From positions 320,001 to 384,000 of the forward strand of contig OZ243938.1 in NCBI GenBank assembly GCA_965214095.1: 64,000 bases of DNA, written 5' to 3'. This stretch comes from Candidatus Poribacteria bacterium (lineage in GTDB: Bacteria > Poribacteria > WGA-4E > WGA-3G). The notes under the pieces were generated by a model, which was not told the DNA's origin, did not search any database, and saw only the letters and a list, made by a program, of their open reading frames with translations. Positions 60,835-64,000 of the stretch are shown here, in pieces. A program made the position numbers and the translations under genes. How positions within the stretch are numbered: the stretch's first letter is position 1; each line of letters begins with the position of its first letter.

Positions 60835-61370
60835 TACCTCATAAGTATCACACATAGATGTGGGAACTGTGTCCTGAGGTGGCAGCTCTCTAAGTTCTGC
60901 TAATGCGGTGTTCAATATCGGTAAATGCAAGTGAATCCATTTATTTGCAAGAGGTTGAGCCATACTAAAGAGGGTGCCGAATAGAACCTGTTTCGGAGCT
61001 TCATGAAGGTAAAGTAATATAAATACCAACATATCTTCATGTGAAGCAAAACAACTATTTTTATAGGGTTTATATCTCCGTTTTTTACGCAGTTTTCCTT
61101 CAAGGATATGTGTTTGCATATAATCTATAGTAAACTTTTGAATTAATAGGACATTTCAAGATGTAGGAGGAAACTCTGATTCCCGATTATCACTGAGTTA
61201 TATCGCGATTCGGAGATCGCTCCTACAGGGACTTTGTATTATTATTTTCAATGTTCACTATAAAAAGCATTTAGAAAAAAGAGGTAATAGTTCTGTAAAC
61301 TCTTTTAAAGTATATCCAGTGAGAGATAGAAATGTATCAGGTTTGTCCTTAATATCTTCAAAAACGACAT
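60800..61370 (-). pseudogene. IS5/ISL2-like transposase N-terminal (HTH) remnant interrupted by a MITE
   Basis: FLSLTGYTLKEF...[MITE]...EDMLVFILLYL...FSMAQPLANKWIH. Confidence 0.7.
61128..61260. mobile_element. 133-bp MITE with TA TSD carrying an inverted REP pair
   Basis: TA|TAGTAAAC...GTTCACTA|TA; excision with one TA restores the transposase frame (KCFLDYMQ). Confidence 0.85.
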
Positions 61371-61401
61371 GAGATAACCTCCATCTATAAGATTGTAATT
61401 A

Positions 61402-61500
61402 TAGTTGATTTTGAAATTACTTGAACACGTTGCATAGGCGAGGTTAGGAAACCTCGCTTACCATGGGACGAAAGTGTCAACTTATATTTATAATTCACTA
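61402..61500 (-). mobile_element. 99-bp MITE (TA target duplication) carrying a REP hairpin, copy 3 (inverted)
   Basis: Reverse complement of the 15390-15488 element with a few substitutions. Confidence 0.8.
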
Positions 61501-61756
61501 TAACATAACAGAGGTTAACTAAACTTGGAACGAAATCATTATAATGTCTAATACAACATATAAAAAACCAAAATTATAAAAATGTGAATTTGAGGATGTC
61601 GCAAATAAGTAACAACATCAGATGGCGGAGTTCCGCCACATCTCTCCATATAGATAATCCGCTGTATTGCCCAATATCTGTATCTAAAATATAATTGTGT
61701 AAACAGAATTCAATGCTGCCATGCATTAGTGGTTTTTATGCGTTAATACCATTATT

Positions 61757-61951
61757 ATGAAACTCACGCCGACTGTCTCAGAACGAATCGTGACTACTGT
61801 GGAAATGTCAAATCTTCCGCTGTATCGCATCGCAGACTATTGTGGGATCACTTATCAGACACTTCGGAACTGGCTTCGGGACGGAGAAGACTATCAGAAG
61901 CAGATTGAAGATGGCAAGATATTGTTTCTTCTAAAACACCTATCGATCTAA
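61757..61951 (+). pseudogene. HTH protein fragment, phage terminase small subunit-like
   Basis: KLTP...IADYCGITYQTLRNWLRDG; appears truncated. Confidence 0.45.
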
Positions 61952-62168
61952 AAACCGATACTTATAACTTGACGGACGCGTTTTCTACGACAAACTCACG
62001 ACGAAATAGATTTGTATAATCGGGCTTATCAAAACTTATTAGAATTCTAATTCCACTCAAAACATTCGCTCATATTAACCAAGCCCGGTAATTCTCGAAT
62101 GTTGCGGTTTTACCCGTTATGTGCTAAAATGGATGCAGAACACATAACTATCATTCAGGGAGGCAATC

Positions 62169-62744
62169 ATGGCATCTGTTGCAGCCGAAAAATACATTTC
62201 ACCTGAGGAATACCTCACTGCAGAACGCAGGACAGAATATAAAAGCGAATACATCTACGGTGAGATATTCGCAAGGTCCGGGGCAAGTAACGCACATAAC
62301 ATTATCACAGTAGATATTACCACTGAACTGAACATCCAATTAAGACAGCGTGGTTGCTTCGTTTACAGCGGTGATATGCGCGTTAAAACGAAGCCGACAG
62401 GTTCTTATTTCTATCCAGATGTCGTTGTTGTGTGTGATAAACCCCGTTTTGAAGATAATGTTTTCGATACCCTCTTGAACCCCATCCTTGTCGTAGAGGT
62501 ACTTTCACCATCAACTGAGGCATTTGACAGAGGTGAAAAATTCGCACATTATCAGGAACTTGTGTCCTTGCGAGAATATATCCTTGTATCACAAGATAGG
62601 ATGCGTGTTGAACACCATCGTTTGATTGAGACGCAGTGGGTAGGAAAGACGTTTGAAGCACCGGAAGATATGCTGAAGTTCAATTCCATTGAATGCGAAT
62701 TGCCACTGCGGGATATATATACCCGCATTTCATTTTCTGATTGA
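62169..62744 (+). CDS. Uma2-family endonuclease
   Basis: SPEEYL, YFYPDVVVVC, LVVEVLSPSTEAFDRGEKF and EYILVSQ motifs. Confidence 0.92.
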   Translation: MASVAAEKYISPEEYLTAERRTEYKSEYIYGEIFARSGASNAHNIITVDITTELNIQLRQRGCFVYSGDMRVKTKPTGSYFYPDVVVVCDKPRFEDNVFDTLLNPILVVEVLSPSTEAFDRGEKFAHYQELVSLREYILVSQDRMRVEHHRLIETQWVGKTFEAPEDMLKFNSIECELPLRDIYTRISFSD

Positions 62745-62869
62745 CAATCGGAACGCCAATTCCATCCGAAACAATAACACAATAAAATGCAAACATTGGT
62801 TCACATCAAGCAAACTACCGATCTACAACTCACAGATGATGATAATGATAAATTGGAAATCGGCATTGC

Positions 62870-63151
62870 GAAGGTTCGCAAGAACATGAAACCGCACCCT
62901 TTATCAGACTTTGATGCGCTCCTGCTGAAAAAACGGATGTTGATTGAATCGGGTATAAAAGAAATAAAAACACAGACACAACTTCAACATACGTGGCATA
63001 GAAGTTTTATCAACTTCCAAGTGAACATGGTGGCTGCCTTAATTGCTTATACCTATTTGGAGAAGAAACCCTCGTTGAACTTGCCGGAATGCAAACGGGT
63101 CCCGACAGCAACGCTTTCTCTAGAACCCTAAATCTTTTTTCTAACTCACGT
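62870..63151 (+). pseudogene. IS982-family transposase C-terminal remnant with right TIR
   Basis: RKNMK...LLKKRMLIE...HRSFINF.VN..AALIAY...KKPSL followed by AACTCACGT. Confidence 0.75.
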
Positions 63152-63156
63152 TGTAT

Positions 63157-63507
63157 TTAGAATACCAAAAACTGATAGTTCTCATTTTGCGCCTTGCGTT
63201 TGGCATCCGCTAATCCACTTACTGCGTACACTGTTTCAGCTATCCAGTCTTTTTTCTTATGTGGAACAATAAATATAAGTGTTTTTCTTTCTTCATCAAA
63301 CAAAGCAGCGGGCGAACGATTTAATTCAATCAGTCTTTTACGGACACGATCTTTACGAATTTCAAGATTCCTTTCAGCAAGACGCTGCGTGCAATGATCT
63401 GATTCAAATATTCTCCCATACTTCTTTTTCAATTTATTTTCTTCTGGCGTAGCATTTTTAGTAGCTATTTCTCGGTTTCTTTGATTTATTTCTTTGTAAT
63501 TTATCAT
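63157..63507 (-). CDS. hypothetical basic protein
   Basis: AGGAG RBS; SDHCTQRLAER motif. Confidence 0.6.
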   Translation of the reverse strand: MINYKEINQRNREIATKNATPEENKLKKKYGRIFESDHCTQRLAERNLEIRKDRVRKRLIELNRSPAALFDEERKTLIFIVPHKKKDWIAETVYAVSGLADAKRKAQNENYQFLVF

Positions 63508-63627
63508 CTGAGTATCTCCTCTGATTTTTTATACCTCAATCCTTTCATAATGGTTGAAGAATGAATAGTGTTCCATAAGAATTATTTCCTTGTTTTATGT
63601 TATTTTTACTGTTAACTAACAATCTAA

Positions 63628-63851
63628 CCTACACTCCGCACTTCTGATTTGCGTTTTTCAATAATAACTTGATAAACCCGTGTGGGACCTATATTTAGCA
63701 AACAATTTCAATTTAAAATCATGAAATAGCAAGTTGGGTTTTGTCTCAAAATATAGAACTCATAATCTCCATTATTATGTGCGAATCCTTGTGTGATAGG
63801 GGTTTACACTAATTATTATAAGAATGTATTAAAACAAGTGCGGAGTGTAGG
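63628..63851. mobile_element. 224-bp MITE with a 6-bp TSD
   Basis: ATCTAA|CCTACACTCCGCACTT...AAGTGCGGAGTGTAGG|ATCTAA (perfect 16-bp TIR). Confidence 0.85.
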
Positions 63852-63853
63852 AT

Positions 63854-64000
63854 CTAAGTGCTATAATTGTCGTTTTGTTGCCATTTCTGTATGCGTTCAC
63901 TTATTGTCCTTCTGTATGGGTTTAGCTTTTGTGCCTCTTTCAAGTATTTCATAGCATCAGGCACTTTACCAGATTTATACGATACAAACGCTTTTGCTAT
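63854..64000 (-). CDS. 3' end of a gene extending beyond the window (TPR-like helix pair)
   Basis: Open frame IAKAFVSYKSGKVPDAMKYLKEAQKLNPY...NYST*. Confidence 0.45.
   Translation of the reverse strand: MAKAFVSYKSGKVPDAMKYLKEAQKLNPYRRTISERIQKWQQNDNYST

Noticed and set aside
61600-61700. tRNA or att site near the island end
   Set aside because: Only a short GGCGGA/TCCGCC hairpin; no cloverleaf or T-loop consensus

Overview
Bacterial window, most likely from a Candidatus Poribacteria-type sponge symbiont. This is an inference from the NYPNPFNPETWIPY and KLTTTWGKLK C-termini, the PhyH and sulfatase genes, the PSD1/DUF1501 pair and the WD40/TPR proteins. Positions 1-42.6 kb are mostly core or metabolic: murQ with a sugar kinase, DUF4234/DUF2752 membrane proteins, a BMP lipoprotein, DUF1501 + PSD1 cytochrome, a sulfatase, three PhyH dioxygenases, ABC components, selA, an AddA-like helicase, CRTAC1, archease and secreted peptidases. 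A complete TnpB-only IS200/IS605 element sits at about 5905-7290. Positions 42.9-64 kb look like a decayed prophage-like island. It truncates an MFS gene and carries a sigma54-driven metalloprotease-WD40 gene, a putative defence cluster (XRE, AbrB, PLD-SNF2 helicase, N6-adenine MTase, TIR-TPR, DUF2971), Uma2 and IS remnants. Intergenic DNA holds many GTAG-type REP hairpins, often nested inside MITEs with several different TIR/TSD signatures. Best leads: (i) a pseudoknotted ~80-nt RNA leader starting at the predicted tnpB transcription start, (ii) REP-carrying MITEs of several families, (iii) a TIR-TPR gene translationally coupled to a helicase/MTase module, (iv) tandem PhyH paralogues with an HxH...H metal triad. 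No rRNA, tRNA or CRISPR array was seen. All family assignments come from motif recognition by eye, not database searches.
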